From Macrostomum lignano (Eukaryota): a stretch of DNA of 64,000 bases. The notes beneath the pieces are model-generated. The model saw only the letters and a program-made list of their open reading frames with translations, was not told the DNA's origin and did not search any database. Of this stretch, positions 1-12,747 are shown piece after piece. The stretch is taken from the NCBI GenBank assembly GCA_002269645.1, contig NIVC01001760.1, forward strand, positions 1-64,000, read 5' to 3'. A program made the translations under genes and the position numbers. The stretch's first letter is position 1. Every line of letters begins with the position of its first letter.

Positions 1-1334
1 GACATCTGACTACAGCTTCTCTGCTGACATCTGACTACAGCTTCTCTGCTGACATCTGACTACAGCTTCTCTGCTGACATCTGACTACAGCTTCTCTGCT
101 GACATCTGACTACAGCTTCTCTGCTGACATCTGACTACAGCTTCTCTGCTGACATCTGACTACAGCTTCTCTGCTGACATCTGACTACAGCTTCTCTGCT
201 GACATCTGACTACAGCTTCTCTGCTGACATCTGACTACAGTTTCTCTGCTGACATCTGACTATACAGCTTCTCTGCTGACATCTGACTATACAGCTTCTC
301 TGCTGACATCTGACTATACAGCTTCTCTGCTGACATCTGACTATACAGCTTCTCTGCTGACATCTGACTATACAGCTTCTCTGCTGACATCTGACTACAG
401 CTTCTCTGCTGACATCTGACTACAGCTTCTCTGCTGACATCTGACTACAGCTTCTCTGCTGACATCTGACTACAGCTTCTCTGCTGACATCTGACTACAG
501 CTTCTCTGCTGACATCTGACTACAGCTTCTCTGCTGACATCTGACTACAGCTTCTCTGCTGACATCTGACTACAGCTTCTCTGCTGACATCTGACTACAG
601 CTTCTCTGCTGACATCTGACTATACAGCTTCTCTGCTGACATCTGACTATACAGCTTCTCTCTGACATCTGACTATACAGCTTCTCTGCTGACATCTGAC
701 TATACAGCTTCTCTGCTGACATCTGACTACAGCTTCTCTGCTGACATCTGACTACAGCTTCTCTGCTGACATCTGACTACAGCTTCTCTGCTGACATCTG
801 ACTACAGCTTCTCTGCTGACATCTGACTACAGCTTCTCTGCTGACATCTGACTATACAGCTTCTCTGCTGACATCTGACTATACAGCTTCTCTGCTGACA
901 TCTGACTATACAGCTTCTCTGCTGACATCTGACTATACAGCTTCTCTGCTGACATCTGACTATACAGCTTCTCTGCTGACATCTGACTATACAGCTTCTC
1001 TGCTGACATCTGACTATACAGCTTCTCTGCTGACATCTGACTATACAGCTTCTCTGCTGACATCTGACTATACAGCTTCTCTGATGACATCTGACTACAG
1101 CTTCTCTGCTGACATCTGACTACAGCTTCTCTGCTGACATCTGACTACAGCTTCTCTGCTGACATCTGACTACAGCTTCTCTGATGACATCTGACTACAG
1201 CTTCTCTGCTGACATCTGACTACAGCTTCTCTGATGACATCTGACTACACTCTCTGACATTGACTACAGCAGCTTCTCTATGACATCTGACTACAGCAGC
1301 TTCTCTGATGACATCTGACTACAGCAGCTTCTCT
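1..1334. repeat. Minisatellite, 25-bp unit GACATCTGACTACAGCTTCTCTGCT with a 27-bp (+TA) variant in blocks
   Basis: Direct tandem periodicity; runs off the left edge of the window. ORF 827-1090 (MSAEKLYSQ)n is a by-product. Confidence 0.97.
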
Positions 1335-1374
1335 CCTTCTTCCTAACTACGACTCACCACCCACTCTCGCTCTC

Positions 1375-1654
1375 ACCCACTCTCCCTAACCCACTCTCCC
1401 TAACCCACTCTCCCTAACCCACTCTCCCTAACCCACTCTCCCTAACCCACTCTCCCTAACCCACTCTCCCTAACCCACTCTCCCTAACCCACTCTCCCTA
1501 ACCCACTCTCCCTAACCCACTCTCCCTAACCCACTCTCCCTAACCCACTCTCCCTAACCCACTCTCCCTAACCCAACTCTCTCCTAACCCACTCTCCCTA
1601 ACCCACTCTCCTAACCCACTCTCCCTAACCCACTCTCCCTAACCCACTCTCCCT
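1375..1654. repeat. 14-bp minisatellite (CCCTAACCCACTCT)n containing the telomeric hexamer CCCTAA
   Basis: About 20 tandem units read directly. Confidence 0.95.
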
Positions 1655-2257
1655 CTATCACCTACACTCCCTCTCACGCACTCCCTTTCACCTACTCTCT
1701 CGCTCTCACCTTCTCTCCCTCACCCACGCTTCCTCTCACCCACACATTCTCACCCAAGTAGCTGCTCACCACCAACTCTACAAATGTTTCAAAATGCATC
1801 GCTGTTTCACATTTATTACTCCGATATGACTTGTATTCTTCATATTCTTCATAAAAAAGTTCTCACCTGCATCGAAAATGTGCATGAATGAACCTCGACT
1901 CAAACTAGAAGGCTAACTGACTACTCAGCTCAGCCATTTCTGGTCAAGCTTTCGAACAGAGAAATCTGATTCACCATTTAGTCACGGTGCCCGCTCTCTC
2001 ACGGTCTGTGTGCCAAACATCAGGCACAGATAAGATAAGAGCCAAGCTTAGGCCTTGAGCGTATCGTGACCCAGCGTAAAATTTTTTCCAGTGTTAAACT
2101 TTTCTCATATTTATATGATTATTTTTTCTTTTCTCTCTGTCAACTGAATCTGGTTCGTAACTTTGTTTCGAATTTTACATTTTTTTAATCCCAATGTTTC
2201 CGATCCGAGCACACTTGAAATACTGGAATTCCCAGAATCATTAGCCTCCTCTGTTGA

Positions 2258-3015
2258 GATTCTCCAATAATATAATTCTCCGATACCAAAATTCTCATAT
2301 ACCGGAATTCCCCGATACCAAAATTCTCATGTACCGATATTCACCGAAAACGAAATTCTCCCATATTGAAGTTCTCCGATACCGAAATTCCCCGAAACCA
2401 AATTCCCCGATACCAAAATTCTCCGATACCGAAATCCCCTGTACCAAAATTCTCCCATTACAAAATTCCTCCATACAAAATTCTTTCATACCAAAATTCC
2501 TCCATACAAAATTCTTTCATACCAAAATTCCTCCATACAAAATTCTTTCATACCAAAATTCCTCCATACAAAATTCTTTCATACCAAAATTCCTCCATAC
2601 AAAATTCTTTCATACCAAATTCCTCCATACCAAAATTCTCCCATACCTAAATTTCCCGACACCCAAATTCTCCGAACCGAAATTCTTCAAAACCAAAATT
2701 CTCTCATACCAAAATTCTCCCATACCAAAATTCTCCGATACCAAAATTCTCTCATACCAAAATTCTCTCATACCAAAATTCTCTCATACCAAAATTCTCC
2801 CATACCAAAATTCTCCGATACCAAAATTCTCTCATACCAAAATTCTCTCATACCAAAATTCTCTCATACCAAAATTCTCTCATACCAAAATTCTACGAAA
2901 CCGAAATTCTTCCATACCGAAATTCTCCGATAGCGAAAAATTCCCCATACCGAATTCTCCGATACCAAAATTTTCTCCCCCTACCGAAATTCTCCGCTAA
3001 CGCAACCGAAATTCC
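2258..3015. repeat. Degenerate ~14-15-bp minisatellite (ATACCAAAATTCTC-like)
   Basis: Recurring ATACCAAAATTC core; the overlapping ORFs are repeat-derived. Confidence 0.9.
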
Positions 3016-3744
3016 CTTAAAACACATTAGAAACGCCTAAAACTAAAAAGGCATACAAAAACAAGACGGGAGTAAAACTCCGTTAGCAATTCTCACCGAT
3101 TGAGCGCCCCCCCCCCAAATCTTATCGGAACCTCTGGTAGGGCAGTGCAGAGTCGGAGCTGGGCAGGCAAAGAGTAACCCTGTCACCAGTGAATTTAGAA
3201 GCCAAAAGCAATTCAACATGGCACAACACGAAGCAGAGCTGCTCGGCCTGATAAAAAGCGCAAACTTTTCTTAGTCTGCAAAACTTCCCGTCTATGCATG
3301 CGGACAGCAAAATAAAGATTTGTTGAGCAGTCGTCGGAACCCAAGTCACTATCTGAGCTGCTTGCTTGGGCCTTCTGCTTTTTACGTTGGAGACGGAAAA
3401 AGTGTTGCGATAAGAGATAGTAAAACTTGCAAGCTAACACAGAATGCAGTCCAGCTGAAGCGTTTCCAGTAGTGACAGTTTTTACACCAGAGGCTAAAAA
3501 CGAAAATATAGGTTTTATTAGATTAATATAAGACGTTTAAGAAAAACCTTGTTCAGTAGAGCCAGTGAGTTTCTAATCTTTGCTTCTTAGATTTTTTGTT
3601 TGAAAAAAACAGTGCGATTTCCCGTAAACCGGTTTTCCAATACGATGTTAAGCTTTCTGGTCTGGGTAATTAGCTCACTATTTAGTTTACTAGCTCATTA
3701 TGGACGAAGTAGTTCACTCTAACAAATTCAACCAAGCTAACTGA

Positions 3745-4245
3745 TGCAGTTCACTCTCGATAGCATGTCACTCTCAACTCTCAGCTCACTGTCTATAGCA
3801 TGTCACTCTCAACTCTCAGCTCACTCTCGATAGCATGTCACTCTCAACTCAGTTCACTCTCGATAGCATGTCACTCTCAGCCTTCAGTTCACTCTCGATA
3901 GCATGTCACTATCAAGTCTCAGTTCACTCTCGATACCATGTCACTCTCAACCCTCAGTTCACTGAGTTCACTCTCGATAGGCATGTCACTCTCAGCCTTC
4001 AGTTCACTCTCGATAGCATGTCACTCTCAACTCTCAGCTCACTCTCGATAGCATGTCACTCTCAACTTTCAGTTCACTCTCGATAGCATGTCACTCTCAA
4101 CTCTCAGCTCACTCTCGATAGCATGTCACTCTCAACTTTCAGTTCACTCTCGATAGCATGTCACTCTCAGCCTCCAGCTCACTCTCGATAAGCATGTCAC
4201 TCTCAACTCTCAGCTCACTCTCGATAGCATGTCACTCTCAGCCTC
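3745..4245. repeat. ~35-bp minisatellite made of two CACTCTC-initiated subunits
   Basis: CACTCTCGATAGCATGT plus CACTCTCAACTCTCAGCT in tandem. Confidence 0.92.
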
Positions 4246-4391
4246 AATACTGTACTCAGGTACGCACTCATACACACGCTCACACAGGGTGTACATCGGC
4301 CCTCTGACTTGCCAATCGCCAGGCATGTACACTGTCTGTGCCATGGGGGCTGGCACTCATGGCTGTGCCTTGTGAATCGCACGAAAACGAA

Positions 4392-4426
4392 TGCGGCCGC
4401 GCACGGAATCGAACCAGGGACTTTAG
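4392..4426 (-). pseudogene. tRNA 3'-half-like fragment (T-arm/B-box, tRNA-Phe-like) or SINE remnant
   Basis: Minus strand reads CTAAAGTCCCTGGTTCGATTCCG, close to the eukaryotic tRNA-Phe variable loop/T-arm, followed by TTTT. No D-arm or anticodon arm found. Confidence 0.3.
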
Positions 4427-4850
4427 GTGCGCCAAGTTGAGTTAATTAATTTCACAGTTTGAAGACCTGTCTGTCCTGTATCCCTTTAGCCAGCCAGCCA
4501 GCGCGCAACCAGTTGTGCGATAATTTCACCAGAATTGAGGGGGAAAATGATAAACAGCAAGGGGAGCGAAGATCTGCATTGAATTCCTAGCCCGCATCAG
4601 CGACCGGGTAGCTTCTGGCGGCCTGCATGGGAGACAAATGATAGATCCCTTCCAACTAAGGAGATTTGTTGATCATATGACAGCCAAGTCTGACCATGGA
4701 ATACTAGAAAATAGTGTCTGGAACGGACCTCATAATAGTCTATTAACTTCGGAAGCAAGCGAATTTGTTTCTTAACATGTCTGAAATTCTGATAAAAACG
4801 AACTGTGGAGTCGCGGACAGCTGAAGTACAAGGAGGCCTGCATTATCAAC

Positions 4851-5481
4851 AGGAGAGGGGAGAGGAGAGGGGAAGGGAGAGGGGAGAGGAGAGAGGAGAG
4901 GGGAGAGGGAGAGGAGAGGGGAGAGGAGAGGAGAGGAGAGAGGAGAGGAGAGAGGAGAGGGGAGAGGGGAGAGGAGAGAGGAGAGGAGAGAGGAGAGGGG
5001 AGAGGAGAGAGGAGAGGGGAGAGGAGAGGGGAGAGGGAGAGGAGAGAGGAGAGGAGAGGGGAGAGGGGAGAGGAGAGAGAGAGGGAGAGGAGAGGGAGAG
5101 GGAGAGGGGAGAGGAGAGGAGAGAGGAGAGAGGAGAGAGAGGAGAGAGGAGAGAGGAGAGAGGAGAGAGGAGAGAGGAGAGGGGAGAGGGGAGAGGAGAG
5201 AGGAGAGGGGAGAGGAGAGAGGAGAGGGGAGAGGAGAGAGGAGAGGGAGAGGAGAGAGGAGAGGGGAGAGGAGAGGGGAGAGGGGAGAGGGGAGAGGAGG
5301 GAGGAGAGGAGAGAGGAGAGGGGAGAGGAGAGAGGAGAGAGGAGAGGAGAGGGGAGACGAGAGGAGAGGGGATAGGAGAGCTGAGAAGAGACCTTGAGCG
5401 GGCCGGGTTGCTATTCCAAAGTTTCAAAGGACCGAGGGCCGGATAGAGAGGCTTGGCGAGCCGGAGTTTGCCGACCCTAGC
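4851..5481 (+). mobile_element. Partial hAT-like MITE copy with a ~530-bp expanded (GGAGA)n purine tract
   Basis: 5378-5481 aligns by eye to 9072-9183 (GAGCTGAGAAG..CCTTGAGCGGGCCGG.TTGCTATT..GGATAGAGAGGCT..GTTTGCC.ACCC). Left end not recognisable. Confidence 0.65.
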
Positions 5482-6406
5482 ACTAAATGGACTGTATAAC
5501 CTGCTGATTCTGGACTTTCGTATTCCGAAAAACTCTCCTTATTACTCGTGTAGCTACCCGATCCCTTTATCAATTTAGCGTGTGACTTAGACATAGGTGA
5601 GAATGCGCTACTTGAAATGAACCGCAAGTCCGGCAGTTTCCACTCCAATTACTACTAGCTGGTAGTCCATGAGTCTCGACTACATTAAAAATCTATTCTT
5701 TCCCACAAGCGGCTCTATAATGCCCGACCCCTCCAGCGGACCCCGGCAATAATTCAAGCGTCAAATGCATATTCAAACGCGGTGGCGGCGGCAGTGCATG
5801 CTGGTAGAGAAACGGCCCGTTTCCTTCTTGCCCGCCAGTCCCCTTTCAGACTTGATCCTGCTCATAAATATACTCTTCCTTTCAAATTCACAAGCAAGCT
5901 GCTCAACCTCCACTCCAACTCTCTATTGTCCAGTCTCGGGCGGGTCTCTGCTTAGAAGAGATCTGCTCTTCTCCCCCCTGTCTGGTAGTCTGGTAACTCC
6001 TCTCCCCTCCCCTTGCTCAGCCGTTTTGTTCCCAGGTTCCGAGGGTTGGACAGCCGGGTTTCCAGTTCCTTCAGTCGGTTGGAGCTTTTCAATTGATATT
6101 GATACGGTTATGGGCAGGGCTAGACTATATATAATAATGCATAGGTCTCAGTTCATACATACTGTGTATTGTATAAGGGAAAGCGGCGAAGTGTCATCCC
6201 GGCACCGGCATAGGCATTTAGTTCTACATCTATCTATTATCCTAGCCAGGGAGTAACGGGATATAAAAAGCTAAACTATTAATATCATCACCGGCTTTCA
6301 TAAACTGCTTTTTCACACCGAATGTGAATTTGGGGAGTGTGAATTTGAGGAGTGTGAATTGGGGGATGTGAAACAGCCTCCCTAAGCTTCATCACGACTC
6401 ACGACC

Positions 6407-7510
6407 CACTGAGGGTAGACACTCCACTGAGGGGGTAGACACTCCACTGAGGGGGTAGACACTCGACTGAGGGGGTAGACACTCGACTGAGGGTAGACAC
6501 TCCACTGAGGGTGGACACTCCACTGAGGGTAGACACTCCACTGAGGGTAGACACTCCACTGAGGGTAGACACTCCACTGAGGGTGGACACTCCACTGAGG
6601 GTGGACACTCCACTGAGGGTAGACACTCCACTGAGGGTAGACACTCCACTGAGGGTAGACACTCCACTGAGGGTGGACACTCCACTGAGGGTAGACACTC
6701 CACTTAGGGTAGACACTCCACTGAAGGTAGACACTCCACTTAGGGTGGACACTCCACTTAGGGTGGACACTCCACTTAGGGTGGACACTCCACTGAAGGT
6801 AGACACTCCACTGAGGGGTAGACACTCCACTGAGGGGGTAGACACTCCACTGAGGGGGTAGACACTCGACTGAGGGTAGACACTCCACTGAGGGTAGACA
6901 CTCCACTGAGGGTGGACACTCGACCGAGGGTGGACACTCCACAGAGGGTGGACACTCCACAGAGGGTGGACACTCCACTGAGGGTAGACACTCCACAGAG
7001 GGTGGACACTCCACTGAGGGTAGACACTCCACTGAGGGTAGACACTCGACTGAGGGTAGACACTCCACTGAGGGTAGACACTCGACTGAGGGTAGACACT
7101 CGACTGAGGGTAGACACTCCACTGAGGGTAGACACTCGACTGAGGGTAGACACTCCACTGAGGGTAGACACTCCACTGAGGGGGTAGACACTCCACTTAG
7201 GGTGGACACTCCACTTAGGGTGGACACTCCACTGAAGGTAGACACTCCACTGAGGGTAGACACTCCACAGAGGGTGACACTCCACTGAGGGTAGACACTC
7301 CACTGAGGGTGGACACTCGACCGAGGGTGGACACTCCACTGAGGGTGGACACTCCACTGAGGGTAGACACTCGACTGAGGGTAGACACTCCACTGAGGGT
7401 AGACACTCCACTGAGGGTAGACACTCCACTGAGGGTAGACACTCCACTGAGGGTAGACACTCCACTGAAGGTGGACAGGACACTCCACTGAGGGTAGACT
7501 CCACTGAGGA
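6407..7510. repeat. 18-bp minisatellite (GAGGGTAGACACTCCACT)n
   Basis: About 60 units with variable G-run length; (LRVDTP)n and (SVECLP)n ORFs are by-products. Confidence 0.97.
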
Positions 7511-8959
7511 TAGAGACTCCACCGAAGGAAGAGACAGCAGAGGAAGGCAGAGATTCTTCCAATGGTTATAGGTAGAGACCACCTGACATTGTCTAGTTGC
7601 CTAGGGCAAAAAGCTGTTTTGATAGTACTCTGGGAAGATCTAGACTCTAGAGTGGGCTGTTGATGGCGGCGCCGGCTCGAGGCTGCGAAATCCAAGAGTA
7701 GAGCAGAGATCATTAGGAAGCGCGGCGTCGTTGAAACTTGGAAAACTCGAGCTGAGAGGAATCTTGAAAAAAGGTATAATGGGAGAGCAATCTCTATGGT
7801 CTCATTGGCTTGGCTAATTTGTTCGCTCGCGCAGCGCACGATTGCCAAGGCCTGGAAATCCGGGTCTATGGTCTACTTTTTGTCGCCAACCTCTTCTTAT
7901 GCTCTCGGACCTCTTGAGAAGCCGGCCGACCACGAGCTCATCCACCAATTTATCCATCCATTGCACCTCACATTCGAGTGGCGCCTGCCTTGGTGGGGTG
8001 TCACACGGCCGAACACCTTTTTACTCGAGTCTATGAAACTGTTCCAGCCTAATTAGGCCTCAAGCTACCGCATCGAGCCGGCTCGCAGACACTTGGCCAA
8101 GTAAAATGATCATTGAACTCTTCAAAAGTATTAGTTAGACTCCAACTTGTGTGTCGCCGTGGAACTGCAACGAATGAGGGAATTTCCTGGCGTAAACGAA
8201 GTGGAAAACAACCCTAGACAATTTTTTTCTGTAAAAGCTTATTTGATCCTTCAATCCTATAGTTGCCAAGAAGGGCTGCTCAATGTGCTCAAGCCCAGTG
8301 GATGGCGTTTTAATTGGCATGATGGCGGGTGGGTGCCGAGGGTCTGTGATTTTTCAGCTATACCGGCTTGGAGATTGTGTTGGAGTTTATGAAGCCAAGT
8401 GACTAGGAGAACTATGAAAATTTCTACATCAAACAGGTTTGTTATTGTGCAAAAAACGTACTTTTATGTACTTTCTAAGTTTACAAAGAAGAAAAACACC
8501 TGCAGCCTGACTGGGCAGACATGAAGATTTCCCAGAGTCCAGTAAGTGCTATCATGTTCACGTAAATAACTTCGTTCATTTATAAGGCCACTCGGTTCGG
8601 TTGGGCAGAAAAACAGTTCCGCCAGTAAGTTTACCGCCTTGATTGCTCTTCATCAGTGACATCTATTTTTCCATTCGGAGCCGAAGAGAATTGCTTTCTC
8701 AAGCAGGCCGGTTGTATATCAAGCTCTTTTCTTACTTTCTTTTATCTGTACCAAGAATCTTAGCAGCTCCGAAGATCTTCTATTTTCCTCCAGTGGCTTT
8801 GCTTTCCTTGACGCAAAGAAGATACCCCCCCCCCGTCCTCCATTTTCCCGAATCCCCAAACGTCTGCTAGGATGCAATAACAACCTTTGTATCATATAAA
8901 ACAGTGCATTACTTAGAGATTTCTTGCTTTTTGAATGCTCAGGCTCAGATACAATATAT

Positions 8960-9183
8960 CAGGGGTTGGCAGATCTATCCCCATGACTGCGGGCCAAATG
9001 AGGGGAGAGAGGAGATGGAATAGAAAAGAGAGGAGAGGAGAGAAGAGATAGGAGAGAGGAGATTAGAGAAGAGAGCTGAGAAGCGACACAAACCTTGAGC
9101 GGGGCCGGATTGCTATTGTGAAGTTTCAGAGGACCCGAGTGCCGGATAGAGAGGCTCGGTGGGCCGCAGTTTGCCAACCCCTG
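8960..9183 (+). mobile_element. 224-bp non-autonomous MITE with hAT-Charlie (MER58-like) ends
   Basis: Perfect 12-bp TIRs CAGGGGTTGGCA / TGCCAACCCCTG, internal GA tract and two further copies nearby. No clean 8-bp TSD. Confidence 0.75.
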
Positions 9184-9866
9184 CATAACAACGCGACCCT
9201 GAAATTCGGCTAGCAGGCCACTCATTTGACTGCCAACAAGTTTAGATTAGCGTTAGTGTTTTGGAGTTTAAGGCCAAGATTAAGATTAAGGCCGGCAGTC
9301 AAATGGCTTGATTGGCTGACAATCGTAGTGGCGCAGTCTCGGGGGTCATGGGGATCCCCCCTAAGATGGCCGACCATTAATTAAAGTTTGGAATCCTAAT
9401 TTTTAGGTTTAACACGACTTTAAAAGCAAAAAGTCTAAATGGCTGGAAGATAAATCTGGAATCCATATACTAAAAATAAAATCTTGCTTGTTTATACTAT
9501 AGGGCGACGCTCGCAGCATTCCCACAGATTTCTCGATTCTCTTCTAATATCTGTATGTACATTAACTGTATGTACATCCTGATGCGTGAGGCGGCCGTGG
9601 GTGGGGGATGAGCAGGGGGGCCCGGCTTAAGGCAGCCGCCTCCTCCACTAGAAACACAATCAATGTACATTGGCGACTAGTGTATGTACATTGCACGGCT
9701 AAAAATAAGATCTGCGGATTTCTGTTATCTTTTTGTCTCAAAATAAAACTAAGTAAGTAGATATAGTCTAGAGCTTGCACACCCCAGTTAGTGTGACTGT
9801 GAACGAACCTAACTCCCATAATACCTGAACCTGAAGACATTTGACTTCAGTTATTTACCGGTAATT

Positions 9867-10140
9867 CAGGTCTAGGCAAACTACGGCCCGCGAAGCCTCT
9901 CTACCTCTATCCGGCTCTCGGGTGCGTGAAACTTCACAATAGCAATCCGGCCCGCTCAAGGTTTGTGTCTCTTCTCAGCTCTCTTCTCTTTTCTCCTCTC
10001 CTCACCTCTCCCCTCTCATCTCCCATCTCCCCTCTTCTCTATCATCTCCCCTCTCCTCTCTTATATATCCTTTCATCTCTCATCTCTCTCATCTCTTATC
10101 TCTCCTTTCCTCTCACTGGCTCGCAGTCATGCGCTAGATT
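9867..10140 (-). mobile_element. Second MITE copy, inverted relative to 8960-9183
   Basis: Begins CAGGTCTAGGCAAACTACGGCCCG and contains CACAATAGCAATCCGGCCCGCTCAAGGTTTGTGTC and GCAGTCATG, reverse complements of parts of the 8960 copy. Confidence 0.7.
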
Positions 10141-11091
10141 TTAGATCATGTATTTTGTACTTTGTTCTCAAAATTTTACGAGTACAAGTAATTAACCCCG
10201 AGGGCTAAGTGGCCACCAGTAGATAGGAATTTTACAACCTAATCTAACAATAGCCATCGAGATCATATTTCACTGCGGGGCTGGCCTACTTGATTAGCAC
10301 CGGAACAGAAAGTGACAATAATTCTCATTGTTCCCCATGAGACCGCAAGAGCCACTCGGGCGTGTAGACAAAAACTTCTTTTGCTCTCGCAAAAAATCGG
10401 GGTTAAGGGGAGGGACAAAAAACGTTGATCTATCTGTCTATCAATCGATCCTTTTAGAACTATAGAAATCCCCTCCCCCCACGGCTGATGGGTTCTGAAA
10501 TTTTCAATTCGATTTCAACTGTGTGGATCTCAGCGGGGCTTTCTCAAATCTTATCTCATCGAGTGATCAGCCCATGGTCCATGGGGCGCATTATGATGAT
10601 GTGGCAGACTTGAGCGCTCGGGTGAAAGGGCAAAAAAACTCCGCTTCGAAATTGAATGGGCAAAAACCTGTGTTAAGGGCGACCTTTGCTCTGCCTCTCT
10701 ACCTGTCCATCGCCTGTCGCCTGCTCAACCAAAAAATGTTCCAAAAAGGCCTCCCAATCTAATCGATCTCCGTTGCGCTCGGCTGGGGAGCAGGTGTCTA
10801 AGAACTGGGATTCTGCATGGCATCTCGGGACAATACACTGCGGGACTGTGGGATGCAAGGGGGAACGGATGATTTATAACAAAATCGGTTCCGCTTCAAG
10901 TGATGGATAGAAATTAAACCGTTTCTTTCAGTTCCGGATCAAAGATGGGACTTTCGAATTCCGATTTTGACAATGACAGGGATGCTGGATAGGTGATGAA
11001 GAAGAGACTGGAAGAGAGATTGGGATAACTCTCGGGCTCACAAACATCGGGGCTCCGAAGTAGTTCTCATTTCGTCATTACTTTAACATCC

Positions 11092-11731
11092 TTCTGTCTA
11101 ACACCCTCTGTCTAACACCCTCTGTCTAACACCCTCTGTCTAACATCTGCACTCTCTGTCTAACACCCTCTGTCTAACACCCTCTGTCTAACACCCTCTG
11201 TCTAACACCCTCTGTCTAACACCCTCTGTCTAACACCCTCTGTCTAACACCCTCTGTCTAACACCCTCTGTCTAACACCCTCTGTCTAACACCCTCTGTC
11301 TAACACCCTCTGTCTAACACCCTCTGTCTAACACCCTCTGTCTAACACCCTCTGTCTAACACCCTCTGTCTAACACCCTCTGTCTAACACCCTCTGTCTA
11401 ACACCCTCTGTCTAACACCCTCTGTCTAACACCCTCTGTCTAACACCCTCTGTCTAACACCCTCTGTCTAACACCCTCTGTCTAACACCCTCTGTCTAAC
11501 ACCCTCTGTCTAACACCCTCTGTCTAACACCCTCTGTCTAACACCCTCTGTCTAACACCCTCTGTCTAACACCCTCTGTCTAACACCCTCTGTCTAACAC
11601 CCTCTGTCTAACACCCTCTGTCTAACACCCTCTGTCTAACACCCTCTGTCTAACACCCTCTGTCTAAAACCCTCTGTCTAACACTCTCTGTCTAACACCC
11701 TCTGTCTAACACCCTCTGTCTAACACTCTCT
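11092..11731. repeat. 14-bp minisatellite (TAACACCCTCTGTC)n
   Basis: About 45 nearly perfect units. Confidence 0.97.
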
Positions 11732-11939
11732 GGGTTACCAGGGAGCAATTCTCACGCCAACTAGACTACTCAGCCAGTCTGCTCAAGCTGCTTAAACTTG
11801 ATTGGATGGTCCTCTTTCTTTCTCGCTACGGTGGAAAGCAAAGCGAGAGTGAGCAAAGGCCGGGGCTCAGCGAGTCGCATTTGTGGGGAGGAGGGCTGCT
11901 CAAAACCGGGCCCAGCAAGAAAAGACCGTTTCACCGTTG

Positions 11940-11982
11940 AGCCAATGAGCTGTCAAACTCTCGCTTGGCGTCAGCCAATGAG
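11940..11982 (+). promoter_or_regulatory. Pair of CCAAT (NF-Y-type) boxes, candidate Blimp-1 promoter element
   Basis: AGCCAATGAG at 11940 and again at 11973 (33-bp spacing), about 0.8 kb upstream of the first coding exon. TATAAAT at 12400. Confidence 0.35.
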
Positions 11983-12747
11983 TTTGAGACCGGGTGGCTG
12001 GGGCAGGGGGTGAAATCAGAATGGAAAGGGAAGCAAGATGAGGCACCGCCCGCCTCAACCCCCCAGCAAAGCCCCCTGTCTGCTGCTTTCACCCTCCCCA
12101 ACCTCTCTCTCTCGACTCTCCCAAATATTTAGCTGGACACTTTCAAATCAAGCTAATATAGAATTACCTCCGCCTCCGCCCCATCACAAAACCAAGGACA
12201 CCGGTTAAACAACACCGCAGTGAAAGCAAGAAACTTAACAAAAAGCCTAGACTGTAAAACACCTTCACCTTTACTCAGCTTTCTCTATAATATTGATTTG
12301 CAATGCTACTGAAAGACGGCAGCTCAGACTAGTAGCTGACAGGCAAACAGATTAAAAATCACTGTTCTACGGCTTAACGCGATACACCCCAGCTCCGCCT
12401 ATAAATGGTGGTTGGCTCCTACTTTCTTGGTAAGTGAAATAAATACACAGGTATATATATACCTTCAGCCATGCTATTCGGTAGGCCCACCTGATTCAAA
12501 TGTTTGCTTTTCTTCAACTTTTCTTCTCAAAGGAGATCTGCTGCCACCTAACACCCGAAGCACCTGCCATTGCTTGCTTTTTTCGTTCCTGCTTTAAAGT
12601 AACTATGTCATGGGACATGGCCCCTACCATTTTTGCCAGGTGGGGCGGGGGGCAAATCCCCAATTGCAGTTGAGCAATAATCTCAACGTCAGGGGCAGCT
12701 CCCCCTCCCGCCCCCAACCTTAATTCCGCGGTGCTAAACTGCTTAAG

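Noticed and set aside
1-1334. CRISPR-like look of the 25-33 bp repeats here and at 18940-19695
   Set aside because: Units are directly adjacent with no unique spacers, there are no cas genes, and the context is eukaryotic.
9496-9507. ACTATAGGGCGA, resembling the end of a T7 promoter in cloning vectors
   Set aside because: Only 12 bp match with no adjacent vector sequence; consistent with chance.
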